Shown piece by piece: positions 1 through 10,695 of a DNA stretch of 64,000 nt (the first letter of the stretch is position 1; each line of letters begins with the position of its first letter). Under the pieces are notes generated by a model. That model saw nothing but the letters and a program-made list of their open reading frames with translations, had not been told where the DNA came from and ran no database searches. Made by a program: the position numbers and the translations under genes. Source of the stretch: Uncultured Candidatus Berkiella sp. (GTDB lineage Bacteria > Pseudomonadota > Gammaproteobacteria > Berkiellales > Berkiellaceae); NCBI GenBank assembly GCA_964606325.1, contig CAZSGE010000010.1:9645-73644 (forward strand), in the 5' to 3' direction.

Positions 1-136
1 GAATATGCTTATTCACAATTTGCTGAATTTGTGGTTCAGGTGTGGTAACAGCAGTTATATCCTGATAAAGCCCTGCTCTTGAAACAACTTCTTTGAGCAT
101 TTTTGCATACGTTAATTTTTCTTTATCATTCGTCAA
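1..136 (-). CDS. 5' part of a hypothetical protein running off the left edge
   Basis: Manual translation from TTG at 136 (MTNDKEKLTYAKMLKEVVSRAGLYQDIT...) is open to base 1, with GAGGA just upstream. Not in the ORF track. Confidence 0.35.
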   Translation of the reverse strand, partial: MTNDKEKLTYAKMLKEVVSRAGLYQDITAVTTPEPQIQQIVNKHI

Positions 137-619
137 TTCCTCTAAAGACTTAATCATGGATTTTTCAAGATTTATCCTAAATGATTGAAGCTCAGAGCTA
201 TGTTTTTGCAAGATCACTTTTTTAGATACATATGCCCAACATTTTAACATTTTGTTTATATTTGGTTTATATGCACTTATTTGCATAGATTGATTTGAAT
301 CTAAAATAGGAAAATTTGGGTTTAACCATTTTGAAAAGAAATCTAATTTACCTAGGAAAGGTAGATCTGAAAATTGCTGTTTAGAAAATTTTATAGCCCC
401 TAAAAGAAGGATCTGTTGCTTAAAATATGACATAAATACTACTCCTGCAAAAAGACGATGCTATCTGCGCCATACTTCAAGATCAAGGAAATGAGGAAAA
501 ATTGTTAGTTGGATTTCTTTATTTCGTGACTTTTTAATATAGTAATGACAGCCAATCATTACCTAGGTAAAATGTCATTTATATTAAGTTACTTGTTTAC
601 CTTTATTGGTGATTTTGAG

Positions 620-3073
620 ATGACAGCACTTCTCTCCTTACTTAGCCAGCATTTTGAGCCTCTTTCGCTGTTAAAAAAGACGGTGAAGCTTCTATTTGCT
701 CTTGTCGCTGCGGTAAGTTTATTTGGGCTCTTTCTTATTTTCACACCAAAGGGTAACCAAATTGCTCTGACACTAATTTCCGAATTAACGCCCTATCAAG
801 TTCAGTTTTCTTCGATGAAAGGTAATCTCTATAATCATGTTTTATTCGAAGATCTACAAATAAAGGGGCCGGAACTGGTGGTAAAATCCAAGCGCTTAGA
901 AATGCGCTGGGACATCAATCAAATACTCAATCAAAATAAAACAATACAGTCGCTTGATGCCACGGACTTATTGGTTTGGTATGAAAATAAAAAAATTGTT
1001 CTACCTAAGCATTATGACGATTCAACAATCAGCCAAGCACAAGACGAAATTAAGAAGTCATTGCCCTTTGCATTAATGATTGAAAACATATCAATACATC
1101 AAGCACAAATACATTGGAATAATATTGATCATACTCTGAGCGAATTTAGCATTAAAAAAGCATCCAGCAATCTAGCGACTGTTGAAGAAGTTCACTATCA
1201 AGGCGCCTTCGGCTCTTTTGATGCATATTTAAAAGATGCCATTAAAATAAACTGGGATCTGAATCTTGCAAAAAACCCTTATCTGCTTTCGCTTCAATCA
1301 AGCGCTATCACAACAAAAGGGCAAATTTTGCTCCCAACCAAACACATTGATGATCCACAAAATCAATTTGAAGTAAGCGTGCAATCAAAGGAATTTAGAC
1401 AAGGCAAGCATCATGTAGAAAATGCCAATCTAAGTATCAAAGGCACCTTAGCAAAACATCAGGTGAATGTAACTGGCCTTTATAACCATGCGCCAGTTAA
1501 AAGCACTATTACCGGACAATTCTCCACACACGAGTGGAGAGGTAAGTTAACCACCCTAAAAGTTAATCATGAAAGATGGCAAAAAATAGGCAACTCTACA
1601 GGCGATATCCTCATCAATTGGCAACATCCCGCTATCTCTTCATCATTAGCTTTAGTGTTAGGTGAAAAGTATCCCGTGATGGTTGAAGTCGCTATAGATA
1701 AAAAGCAACCCTACAACTTAAAGGGAACCACTAAAGCGCATTTTAACCAAATCAAATCGCTCTCTACACTCATTCCATCTGTGTCGAATTTACGCGGACA
1801 ATTGGATATCGATTTAGCGCTTTCCGGCACACTTTTAGCGCCCCAATGGCTTGGCTATGTTCAATTGAAGGATGCAAAATTACCCGCTACCTCTCTTGGC
1901 AAAAAAGCTATATTAAATGATCTCCATTTAAGCTTTCTACCCGACAACAAAATGACAGTCACAGGTAAAGGGCTTTGGGGTAGTGGCGAATTTACCATTG
2001 AAGGCAACGGCAAATTGCTTGCCAGCACACCAAGCTTTGATATCAAGCTAAAGGGCGAAAATTTGCTCCTTAGCGACACCCCCGAATACTACATCATTGC
2101 TAATCCTGATTTAAATTTAACTTTATTTAATGGCCAAGTAAAACTAACAGGATCTATTGTGATCCCTGAAGCCGAGATCAAGAGCTTAAAAAGCCCTGAT
2201 ATGGCTAGCGCATCTGATGATGTGGTTGTTATTTCCAAAAAACAACATAAACTTCCCAAACCACTTGTTGAAAATGGTTTGAGCACGCACATCGCTACAC
2301 ACATCGATTTAATTTTAAAAGATAAAATAACTTACAAAGGTCATGGCGTTTCTAGTAAAGTTGGCGGTAGATTGGAAATTAACCAACAACCTGGCCAACC
2401 TCCTTTGGCAAAAGGAAAACTTCATCTTACGCAAGGTACCTATAAAGCCTATGGTAAAGTATTTGATATCAATTATGGGCAAATACTATTTACCGGAGGT
2501 CCAATTTACGATCCCATCATCGATTTTAGAGCCCAAAGAACCATTGAGCCACAATCTACCTTAGCTTCTTTTAAAAGTAATCAAGCTATTTTAGCGGGCG
2601 TCACTTTCAGTGGTAACTTAAAATCACCCAAAATTGGCTTTTACTCTAACCCCAGCATGCCGGATAACGATATTATTTCTTATCTAATTGTCGGGCGCCC
2701 ACAAAGCCAAATTAACGAAGCACAAGCAGAATTACTTTTTCAAGCTGTTTCACAGCTTGCTAATGTCATGGGTGGAAATAGAAAAGATGTTCAATTTAAT
2801 TTAGCCGAAAAATTAAAACTGGACCAACTTGGTTTCTCCAAAAAGCAAAATTATATCCCAACTCCGGGTTCTCACAATCCATTAGAAGACACCGTGTTTG
2901 TATTAGGAAAGCAACTGTCATCAAAACTCTATTTGAATTACAGCGTGGGCCTTGTTGATTCGGCAAGCCAATTTGGTATGCGCTATTCGGTTGGTAAAAA
3001 CATGACCATTGAAGCTGCTACAGGCACACAAGGATCTAGCGCGGATGTGTTGCTGTCTTTCGAAGGACGTTAA
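620..3073 (+). CDS. tamB: Translocation/assembly module TamB (DUF490) family protein
   Basis: N-terminal TM anchor, beta-rich body, C-terminal DUF490-like motifs (YGQILFTGGPIYDPIIDFRA, ISYLIVGR, GKQLSSKLYLNY). The ORF track starts at 545; ATG 620 follows GGTGA. Confidence 0.85.
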   Translation: MTALLSLLSQHFEPLSLLKKTVKLLFALVAAVSLFGLFLIFTPKGNQIALTLISELTPYQVQFSSMKGNLYNHVLFEDLQIKGPELVVKSKRLEMRWDINQILNQNKTIQSLDATDLLVWYENKKIVLPKHYDDSTISQAQDEIKKSLPFALMIENISIHQAQIHWNNIDHTLSEFSIKKASSNLATVEEVHYQGAFGSFDAYLKDAIKINWDLNLAKNPYLLSLQSSAITTKGQILLPTKHIDDPQNQFEVSVQSKEFRQGKHHVENANLSIKGTLAKHQVNVTGLYNHAPVKSTITGQFSTHEWRGKLTTLKVNHERWQKIGNSTGDILINWQHPAISSSLALVLGEKYPVMVEVAIDKKQPYNLKGTTKAHFNQIKSLSTLIPSVSNLRGQLDIDLALSGTLLAPQWLGYVQLKDAKLPATSLGKKAILNDLHLSFLPDNKMTVTGKGLWGSGEFTIEGNGKLLASTPSFDIKLKGENLLLSDTPEYYIIANPDLNLTLFNGQVKLTGSIVIPEAEIKSLKSPDMASASDDVVVISKKQHKLPKPLVENGLSTHIATHIDLILKDKITYKGHGVSSKVGGRLEINQQPGQPPLAKGKLHLTQGTYKAYGKVFDINYGQILFTGGPIYDPIIDFRAQRTIEPQSTLASFKSNQAILAGVTFSGNLKSPKIGFYSNPSMPDNDIISYLIVGRPQSQINEAQAELLFQAVSQLANVMGGNRKDVQFNLAEKLKLDQLGFSKKQNYIPTPGSHNPLEDTVFVLGKQLSSKLYLNYSVGLVDSASQFGMRYSVGKNMTIEAATGTQGSSADVLLSFEGR

Positions 3074-3113
3074 TCCAATTACTTTTTTAAAGGTTTTTTG
3101 TTTGAAAAACCCT

Positions 3114-4163
3114 CTACTGAAAAAAGACAGCTTCAGTCAAACCTCGGTTTAAGAGCAATCCCTTAAGAAAAGTTAATGCTTCTACTTGAATTTGTCTGAC
3201 TCGTTCACGCGTTAAGCCAATTTCAGCCCCAACATCTTCTAAAGTGGCCTGTTCAAAACCACGCAGACCAAAGCGACGGGTGATCACTTCACGTTGTTTT
3301 TCATTTAATTGATCTAGCCAGCTATCCACTTCACGCATAAAATCTACTTCACCAAGTAAATTGACGGGATCTTGGCTCACATCGTCCGCAACACTTTCTA
3401 CTAGAGATCGTTCGGTTTCATTTGCTAAAGGAGAATCAAGGGAGGTCACTTTTTCATTTAATCCCATTACCATTTTAATGGTGTTGGGATCTTTTTGCAC
3501 AATATGTGCAATATCATCTGGTCGGGGCTCATGGTCTAATTGCTGAGTTAATTCACGTCCGGTACGTAAATATACATTCAGTTCTTTTACCACATGAATG
3601 GGAAGACGAATTGTGCGTGTTTGATTCATTAAGGCACGTTCGATGGTTTGTCTTATCCACCATGTGCCATAAGTAGAAAACCGAAAGCCCTTTTCAGGAT
3701 CAAACTTTTCAACGGCGCGAATCAATCCTAAATTACCTTCTTCGATTAGATCAAGCAAAGGTAAACCGCGATTTAAATAACGTCTGGCAATTTTAACAAC
3801 TAATCTTAAATTACCTTCAATCATTCTATTTCTGGATTTAATGCAGCCTTGTTGTGCTAAACGTGCAAAATGTACTTCATCATCTGCTGTGAGCAAAGTG
3901 GAATAGCCTATTTCACCCAAATATAGTTGCGTAGCATCAAATGATTTTTTGGCAAGGTGAGCGGCTTCCTCGCTATCTACTTTTTCTAACCATTCTTCAC
4001 TTGCGCACAGCGCTTCATCTAAAGGATCGAACGCTTCAGTTTGGATTTGCACAACATCATGAATATCTTCATGCTCATCTTCATCTTCTATTTCTGCTTT
4101 GGCTAAATCAGAATCGGTGAATTCTTCTTCAACCAAAGCAAAATCTTCCCAATTTTTTGCCAT
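3114..4163 (-). CDS. rpoS: RNA polymerase sigma factor RpoS
   Basis: [90 protein letters not shown] 4163 follows GGAG; the track ORF starts at 4187. Confidence 0.93.
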   Translation of the reverse strand: MAKNWEDFALVEEEFTDSDLAKAEIEDEDEHEDIHDVVQIQTEAFDPLDEALCASEEWLEKVDSEEAAHLAKKSFDATQLYLGEIGYSTLLTADDEVHFARLAQQGCIKSRNRMIEGNLRLVVKIARRYLNRGLPLLDLIEEGNLGLIRAVEKFDPEKGFRFSTYGTWWIRQTIERALMNQTRTIRLPIHVVKELNVYLRTGRELTQQLDHEPRPDDIAHIVQKDPNTIKMVMGLNEKVTSLDSPLANETERSLVESVADDVSQDPVNLLGEVDFMREVDSWLDQLNEKQREVITRRFGLRGFEQATLEDVGAEIGLTRERVRQIQVEALTFLKGLLLNRGLTEAVFFQ

Positions 4164-4225
4164 TGCGAGGCTCCATGCACATGCCATTTATTAACGTGTT
4201 CCATCACGTAAACATTCGCGCTCAA

Positions 4226-4678
4226 CTACATTTCAGAAATGATTTTGGTTAAACCATCGAGCTCTTTTAAAGTGTGCTCATAGCGTTCTTGCCCTAATCC
4301 TGAAATGATTTTGCTTTGCGCCCCCTGCCATAGCGGGATCCCTTTCATTAACGTCTCACGCCCTCTTTCAGTTAAGGCATAGGCCTTTGAGCGCTTGTCC
4401 CTTGGCTCTACGGTTTCAATGAAACCTAACTTTTCAAGCGGCTTTAAGTTACGTGTTAGAGTTGTTCTATCCATGACAAGCGTACTTGCCATTTCAGTTA
4501 ACGTACGAGCAGACACAGAGGCCATAGAAACAAGCAAGGTAAATTGCGTTGCTCTAATCCCAGCTGGTTCTAAGCAGTGATCATAGAACTGCGTCACAGC
4601 TCTGGCTGCTTTACGTACATTGAAACAGCAGTCCTTGGCATTGATCAGTCTGTGGTTAATTTGTTCGTTAGCTTCCAT
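4226..4678 (-). CDS. MarR family winged-helix transcriptional regulator
   Basis: C-x-C-type N-terminus (DCCFNVRKAARAVTQFYD), GIRATQFTLL, LVMDRTTLTRNLKPLEKLG, DKRSKAYALTERG. Confidence 0.9.
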   Translation of the reverse strand: MEANEQINHRLINAKDCCFNVRKAARAVTQFYDHCLEPAGIRATQFTLLVSMASVSARTLTEMASTLVMDRTTLTRNLKPLEKLGFIETVEPRDKRSKAYALTERGRETLMKGIPLWQGAQSKIISGLGQERYEHTLKELDGLTKIISEM

Positions 4679-4894
4679 GAGTTTCCCCCCTCACAAAAAA
4701 GTGTAGTCTCCCGTTCCCCTAAATTTCAACAAAACAAGTCAGTTTTCCTAAATATTTTTTGCAAAGGGCTAAAAGGTGTACATATTAGGAGGACATTCGC
4801 ATATATTATTAAATGGGAATAAACTAACTCTTCTAAAGAACCGTATTTTTATAGTGTTGTACTGAGTGTCGACTCAGTATTTTGGGAGGCTGGA

Positions 4895-7645
4895 ATGAAA
4901 GACAGTTTTAAGACTGCACAAACGTTAACCGTCAATGGAACGGACTATGAAATTTTTAATATAAACAAGTTACCAGCCAAGTACGATGTCGCAAGGCTCC
5001 CTTTCTCTCTCAAAATCTTGTTAGAAAATTTATTGCGTACAGAAGATGGCATTACTGTCAGAAAAGAAGATATTGAAGCATTGTTAAATTGGGATCCTAA
5101 AGCCACTCCCAATACTGAGATTGCCTTTACACCTAGTCGCGTTATTTTACAAGACTTCACCGGCGTACCAGCCGTGGTCGATTTAGCGGCCATGCGTGAA
5201 GCGATGAAAAAATTAAAGGGTAAGCCAGATAAAATTAATCCACTCTCACCAGTTGAGTTGGTTATCGATCATTCCGTGATGGTTGATTATTTTGGAAATC
5301 AATCTGCTTTCGCCAAAAATACCGCTATTGAAATTGAACGCAATCATGAGCGCTATGTTTTCTTGAGATGGGGCCAGCAAGCTTTCCAAAACTTTAAAGT
5401 TGTTCCACCAGGAACCGGCATCGTGCATCAAGTCAATTTGGAATATCTTGCACGTGTTGTCTTTGGTGAGAAGCGTAATGGTAAAATGCAAGCATTCCCC
5501 GACACTTTGCTAGGAACGGATTCACACACCACCATGATTAACGGCTTAGGTGTGCTGGGTTGGGGGGTAGGTGGGATTGAAGCCGAGGCGGCGATGCTTG
5601 GTCAGCCTGTTACCATGCTCATACCTCAAGTGATTGGTTTTGAAATTAAAGGTCAATTGCCCGAAGGCGCAACAGGCACCGATCTTGTGCTTACTGTAAC
5701 TGAAATTCTACGCAAAAAAGGCGTGGTAGGTAAGTTTGTTGAATTTTTTGGCGATGGACTTGAATCGTTATCTTTAGCGGATAGAGCCACTATCGGTAAC
5801 ATGGCACCAGAATATGGCGCAACTTGTGGCATCTTCCCTATCGATGAAGAAACATTGAACTATCTTGCATTATCAGGTCGCAATGAAAACCAACGCGAAC
5901 TGATTAAAGTCTATGCTAAAACACAAGGCATGTTTAGAGAAAATAAAGCAAGAGTAGCAGATTATACTGAAGTGCTCACTTTAGATTTAGCTGAAATAAC
6001 ACCTTGTATTGCCGGTCCAAAACGTCCGCAAGATAGAATAAATTTACGAGACGTTAAAAAAACATACAAAACAGTTATTGATGAATTGTTAGACGGTATT
6101 AAAATTAATACCAATGGGCAAACCAAAAAAGATATGGAACGTAGTTTAAATGAAGGCGCTCATATCGATCTCAAAAAAGCACCACCACCTGTCAAACCTG
6201 AGGACGGTAATACCAAGCTACATCATGGCGCAGTGGTCATTGCGGCCATCACTAGCTGCACCAATACTTCTAACCCTGCTGTCATGGTTGCCGCCGGCTT
6301 AATTGCAAAAGCTGCTCATGAGCGCGGGTTAAAACCTAAGCCCTGGGTTAAAACCAGTTTAGCGCCAGGCTCGCAAGTCGTAACCGATTACTTGCAACGT
6401 GCAAACTTGATGGATCATCTTGATGCGATTGGTTTTGACTTAGTGGGATATGGTTGCACAACTTGCATCGGTAATTCTGGTCCTTTGCCCGAAAATGTCA
6501 GTAAAGAAATCAAAGAGGGCAATTTAGCGGTCGCTGCTGTGCTTTCTGGTAATCGCAACTTTGAAGGTCGTATTCATCCTGAAGTACGCCATGCCTTTTT
6601 GGCATCCCCTCCTTTAGTTGTCATCTATGCACTTGCCGGCACCATGGATATCGATTTGTATCAAGAGCCTTTAGGTAAAGATAAAAATGGAAAAGACGTA
6701 TTCATGAAGGATCTTTGGCCAACACAAAGTCAGATCTATCATGTGATGAATACCGCCATTGAGCCTAAAATGTTCTCTTCACGTTATTCACATGTATTTG
6801 CTGGTGATGAACAATGGCGTAGTTTACCTGCCCCCAACTCAGAATTATTTGTGTGGGAAAAAGATTCTACATACGTTAAAAACCCACCTTACTTTGAGAA
6901 TATGCAACAAGAAGTGCCACCATTGAATGATATTCAAAATGCACGCGTATTAGCTAAGCTTGGAGATTCAGTCACTACCGATCATATCTCTCCTGCTGGA
7001 TCAATCAAAGCAGATTCTCCTGCCGGACAATATTTACAAAGCTTGGGTGTGAGCGTTAAAGATTTTAATTCTTATGGGTCACGACGTGGTAATCACGAAG
7101 TCATGATCCGTGGTACCTTTGCTAATATCCGTTTACGCAACCAATTAGCACCTGGCACGGAAGGTGGTTGGACAGCATTTCAACCATCCAATGAAGTGAT
7201 GACCATTTATGATGCAGCAATGCGATATAAAAACGATAACACGCCATTAATTATTTTAGCAGGTAAAGAATATGGTTCTGGTTCATCACGAGATTGGGCT
7301 GCCAAAGGTACCAATCTATTAGGCGTTAAAGCCGTAATAGCAGAAAGTTATGAACGCATTCACCGTTCTAATTTAATTGGTATGGGCGTGCTGCCTCTTG
7401 AGTTCTTACCCGGAGAAAATCCTGAATCACTGAAGCTTTCGGGTAAAGAATCCTATTCTATTTCTTTACAAAACCTCAAACCTGGCGAAGATATTACGGT
7501 TAAGGTAAAAGACGATAATGGTAGTGAGCGACAATTCAAGGCTAAAATCCGTATCGATACGCCAAAAGAATTTGAATATTATGAGCATGGCGGGATCTTG
7601 CATTATGTCTTGAGACAATTGACCAAACAGGTAGGTGCAGCATGA
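4895..7645 (+). CDS. acnA: Aconitate hydratase AcnA
   Basis: [78 protein letters not shown]. Confidence 0.97.
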   Translation: MKDSFKTAQTLTVNGTDYEIFNINKLPAKYDVARLPFSLKILLENLLRTEDGITVRKEDIEALLNWDPKATPNTEIAFTPSRVILQDFTGVPAVVDLAAMREAMKKLKGKPDKINPLSPVELVIDHSVMVDYFGNQSAFAKNTAIEIERNHERYVFLRWGQQAFQNFKVVPPGTGIVHQVNLEYLARVVFGEKRNGKMQAFPDTLLGTDSHTTMINGLGVLGWGVGGIEAEAAMLGQPVTMLIPQVIGFEIKGQLPEGATGTDLVLTVTEILRKKGVVGKFVEFFGDGLESLSLADRATIGNMAPEYGATCGIFPIDEETLNYLALSGRNENQRELIKVYAKTQGMFRENKARVADYTEVLTLDLAEITPCIAGPKRPQDRINLRDVKKTYKTVIDELLDGIKINTNGQTKKDMERSLNEGAHIDLKKAPPPVKPEDGNTKLHHGAVVIAAITSCTNTSNPAVMVAAGLIAKAAHERGLKPKPWVKTSLAPGSQVVTDYLQRANLMDHLDAIGFDLVGYGCTTCIGNSGPLPENVSKEIKEGNLAVAAVLSGNRNFEGRIHPEVRHAFLASPPLVVIYALAGTMDIDLYQEPLGKDKNGKDVFMKDLWPTQSQIYHVMNTAIEPKMFSSRYSHVFAGDEQWRSLPAPNSELFVWEKDSTYVKNPPYFENMQQEVPPLNDIQNARVLAKLGDSVTTDHISPAGSIKADSPAGQYLQSLGVSVKDFNSYGSRRGNHEVMIRGTFANIRLRNQLAPGTEGGWTAFQPSNEVMTIYDAAMRYKNDNTPLIILAGKEYGSGSSRDWAAKGTNLLGVKAVIAESYERIHRSNLIGMGVLPLEFLPGENPESLKLSGKESYSISLQNLKPGEDITVKVKDDNGSERQFKAKIRIDTPKEFEYYEHGGILHYVLRQLTKQVGAA

Positions 7646-9030
7646 GCAAACCACAAACACGTGTCGTTAAAGATTCCATGGGAGAACTACAAGTACCAGA
7701 ATCGGCACTGTATGGCGCACAAACCCAGCGAGCTATTAACAATTTCGCTGCCAGTGGTCTTGTGATGCCAAGAGGAATGATTGAAGCAGTTTGTTTGATT
7801 AAAGCTTGTGCGGCCAAAGCAAATCAAGACTTAGGCTTGCTTGAGGCAAAAAAAGCAGAAGCGATTATTAAAGCAGCGTACTTAGCGGCATCAGGGGAAT
7901 ACGACAAGGAATTCCCTGTTGATGTTTTTCAAACCGGCTCTGGCACCAGCACCAACATGAATGCGAATGAGGTCATCTCGCAATTAGCTAAAATCGGTTC
8001 AAACATTGATGTTCATCCCAATGATGATGTCAATATGAGCCAAAGTAGTAATGATGTTATTCCCTCCGCAATACATGTTTCTGCTAGCATCGCTGTGCAT
8101 TCTTATTTACTGCCGTCTTTGTCGCATTTATACGAAACGCTACAAAAACGTGCAAAGGAATTGAACAACATTACAAAAACGGGTCGAACGCATTTAATGG
8201 ATGCCATGCCCATCACCATGGGACAAGAAATCAGTGGTTGGGCAGCCCAAATTAAAGCTAACATTGATTCGATTGGAAAAATTTTAACAGGCATTGAAGC
8301 CCTTGCCATTGGTGGCACCGCTGTCGGAACGGGAATTAACGCACATCCTGAATTTGGACAACGTTTAGTAACCATCCTTGGCCAAAAAGTAAATATCAAA
8401 TTCACCGTCAGTGAGAATCGTTTTGCTAGCATGAGTTCTCAAGATGCAGCTGTTTCCTTGTCAGGACAACTTAAAACCTTAGCTGTATCTCTCATGAAAA
8501 TTTCTAACGATTTGCGTTGGATGAATAGCGGCCCTCTGGCAGGCCTGGGCGAAATTGCTCTACCCACGTTGCAACCTGGTAGCTCTATTATGCCTGGAAA
8601 AGTGAATCCAGTGATCCCTGAGGCGGTTGCCATGATCTGCGCACAAGTCATGGGAAATGATTTAACTATCACTATTGGCGGGCAATCTGGCAATTTCCAA
8701 TTAAATGTCATGTTACCTGTGATTGCGTATAATTTATTACAGAGTATTCATTTATTAAGTAACGCCGCCACTGAATTAGCAGATAAAGCCATTGCTGGTT
8801 TCACTGTAAATAAAGCGCGCATCGATGAGCAATTATCCAAAAACCCGATCTTGGTAACGGCTCTTAACACAGTCATAGGCTATGAATTAGGCGCTAAAAT
8901 CGCCAAAAGGGCTTATGAAAAAGGCGTGCCTTTAATGGATGTGGCTAAAGAACTAACGCAGCTTTCCGAGGCTGAATTAGTGCGCTTATTAGATCCGGCT
9001 AAATTAACGAAAGGTGGGATCCCTGAATAA
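7642..9030 (+). CDS. fumC: Class II fumarate hydratase
   Basis: [25 protein letters not shown] and the signature [15 protein letters not shown] overlap with the acnA stop. Confidence 0.96.
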   Translation: MSKPQTRVVKDSMGELQVPESALYGAQTQRAINNFAASGLVMPRGMIEAVCLIKACAAKANQDLGLLEAKKAEAIIKAAYLAASGEYDKEFPVDVFQTGSGTSTNMNANEVISQLAKIGSNIDVHPNDDVNMSQSSNDVIPSAIHVSASIAVHSYLLPSLSHLYETLQKRAKELNNITKTGRTHLMDAMPITMGQEISGWAAQIKANIDSIGKILTGIEALAIGGTAVGTGINAHPEFGQRLVTILGQKVNIKFTVSENRFASMSSQDAAVSLSGQLKTLAVSLMKISNDLRWMNSGPLAGLGEIALPTLQPGSSIMPGKVNPVIPEAVAMICAQVMGNDLTITIGGQSGNFQLNVMLPVIAYNLLQSIHLLSNAATELADKAIAGFTVNKARIDEQLSKNPILVTALNTVIGYELGAKIAKRAYEKGVPLMDVAKELTQLSEAELVRLLDPAKLTKGGIPE

Positions 9031-9037
9031 TAAGGTA

Positions 9038-9068
9038 ACTGTTATGCAAGATACACTTGCATAACAGT
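9038..9068. terminator. Perfect 13-bp stem-loop after fumC (terminator or 3' stabiliser)
   Basis: ACTGTTATGCAAG-ataca-CTTGCATAACAGT; no U-tract. Confidence 0.55.
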
Positions 9069-9094
9069 CTTACATTGCTGACTGAGGAGTTACT

Positions 9095-10588
9095 TTGAAT
9101 ATCTTCTCATTTTCAAAAAAAGCTATCCTTAGCTATGTCATATTTATCTGCATCATTCAGTTAACTTTTTTAGGCGTGCTCTATTTTTATTGGAATATAT
9201 TTTCACTCCTTTTACTTCTCTTAAGCTCTTTATTAATTATCACGCTACTCTCTTTCGGTGCCGTGTTACTTTTTAATAAACTGACACTTCAATTTTCAGA
9301 ACAAAGCCAATACGATCCCATCACTCAGTTGCCCAATCGCCCTTATTTTTTTAATTACCTTAATCGGGTCTTAGAAAACAATGAGTCTAAAGCATTTGGA
9401 GTGATGACCATTGGTATAGATAGATTCCCTCAAATCAATCAAGCGCTGGGTTATCAAGTTGGGGATAGATTGTTAAACCATGTGGCGCAAAGATTAAAAT
9501 CTCAACTTAGCGAAGCACAGATAATTGCCCGCCTTGCGAGTAATGTTTTTATCGTCCTAATACCAGGATTAAATCAAAAAAATTATAGCGAAGTGGTTGA
9601 TAAAGTAATGGAAGTATTTTCAACCCCCTTCAGTGTCTATACCGTACAAATTGATTTGGATGTTTTAGTAGGCATGAGCTTCTATCCAATCGATGGTACT
9701 CAAGCGGCCCCGCTCATCCAAAAGGCTGATTTGGCTTTATATGCGGCAAGATTCTCTGTTGAGCGATGTGAATTTTATCAAGAAAACAAAGATCCTCATC
9801 ATCACAATAAAATTTCGCTAATGAGCGAACTGCGTGAGGGTTTAGGGCAAAATGAATTTCAGGTATTTTATCAACCAAAAGTTAACCTAACTTCTAACAA
9901 AGTAACCCAGGTAGAAACGTTAATTCGCTGGTTTCATCCAACCAGAGGCGAAATGACACCGGATCAATTTATCCCATTAGCTGAAGAAACGGGCCATCTT
10001 AAGAAATTAACGCTATGGTTGCTTGAAAAAAGTATTGTTCAAGCAAGCGCCTGGCAAACACAATCCAACTCGCTTGGGGTGTCGATTAATTTATCGGTTA
10101 AAGATTTACTCAATAAACAATTGCCTGAATATATCTCAGGCCTCATCAAAGACCATCACTTGAATCCTGAACTACTGACACTTGAGATCACGGAAAGCGC
10201 TTTTATGAGAGAACCTGAAAGTGCCATTTTGGCAACCAAAAAACTTATACAATTAGGCGTTAATTTATCCATAGATGATTATGGCACCGGCTACTCTTCT
10301 TTGAACTATTTAAAAAAATTACCTGTCAATGAAATAAAGTTAGATAAATCTTTCACCCAAGATATCCTGCAACATGAGCGTGTTGCCCACATTGTGCAAT
10401 CAACCATCCGCTTAGGGCACAGTCTAGGCATGCAAGTCGTTGCCGAAGGCGTCAACGATGAGGACACCCTTAATATGTTGAAGCAATTTGGTTGCGATAT
10501 GGGGCAAGGATTTTACTTTAGCCAGCCACTGCCCTTAGATGACTTCTCAAAATGGTTAACCACATCAAGCTTTGGTATTCATTCTTAA
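9095..10588 (+). CDS. Membrane-anchored GGDEF(degenerate)-EAL c-di-GMP phosphodiesterase
   Basis: Two N-terminal TM helices, YDPITQLPNR, GGDEF site reads ASNVF; EAL domain has YQPK, ETLIRW, LEITES, DDYGTGYSSL and VAEGV. TTG start. Confidence 0.88.
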   Translation: MNIFSFSKKAILSYVIFICIIQLTFLGVLYFYWNIFSLLLLLLSSLLIITLLSFGAVLLFNKLTLQFSEQSQYDPITQLPNRPYFFNYLNRVLENNESKAFGVMTIGIDRFPQINQALGYQVGDRLLNHVAQRLKSQLSEAQIIARLASNVFIVLIPGLNQKNYSEVVDKVMEVFSTPFSVYTVQIDLDVLVGMSFYPIDGTQAAPLIQKADLALYAARFSVERCEFYQENKDPHHHNKISLMSELREGLGQNEFQVFYQPKVNLTSNKVTQVETLIRWFHPTRGEMTPDQFIPLAEETGHLKKLTLWLLEKSIVQASAWQTQSNSLGVSINLSVKDLLNKQLPEYISGLIKDHHLNPELLTLEITESAFMREPESAILATKKLIQLGVNLSIDDYGTGYSSLNYLKKLPVNEIKLDKSFTQDILQHERVAHIVQSTIRLGHSLGMQVVAEGVNDEDTLNMLKQFGCDMGQGFYFSQPLPLDDFSKWLTTSSFGIHS

Positions 10589-10695
10589 CAGCATTCTTAA
10601 CAGGACATCCATCTTATAGTTTATTATAAAACTCACTTTCAGATGAGTGTCCTAACACTAACCACAACACCACTTTACTATGGGTGTCCCAACAC

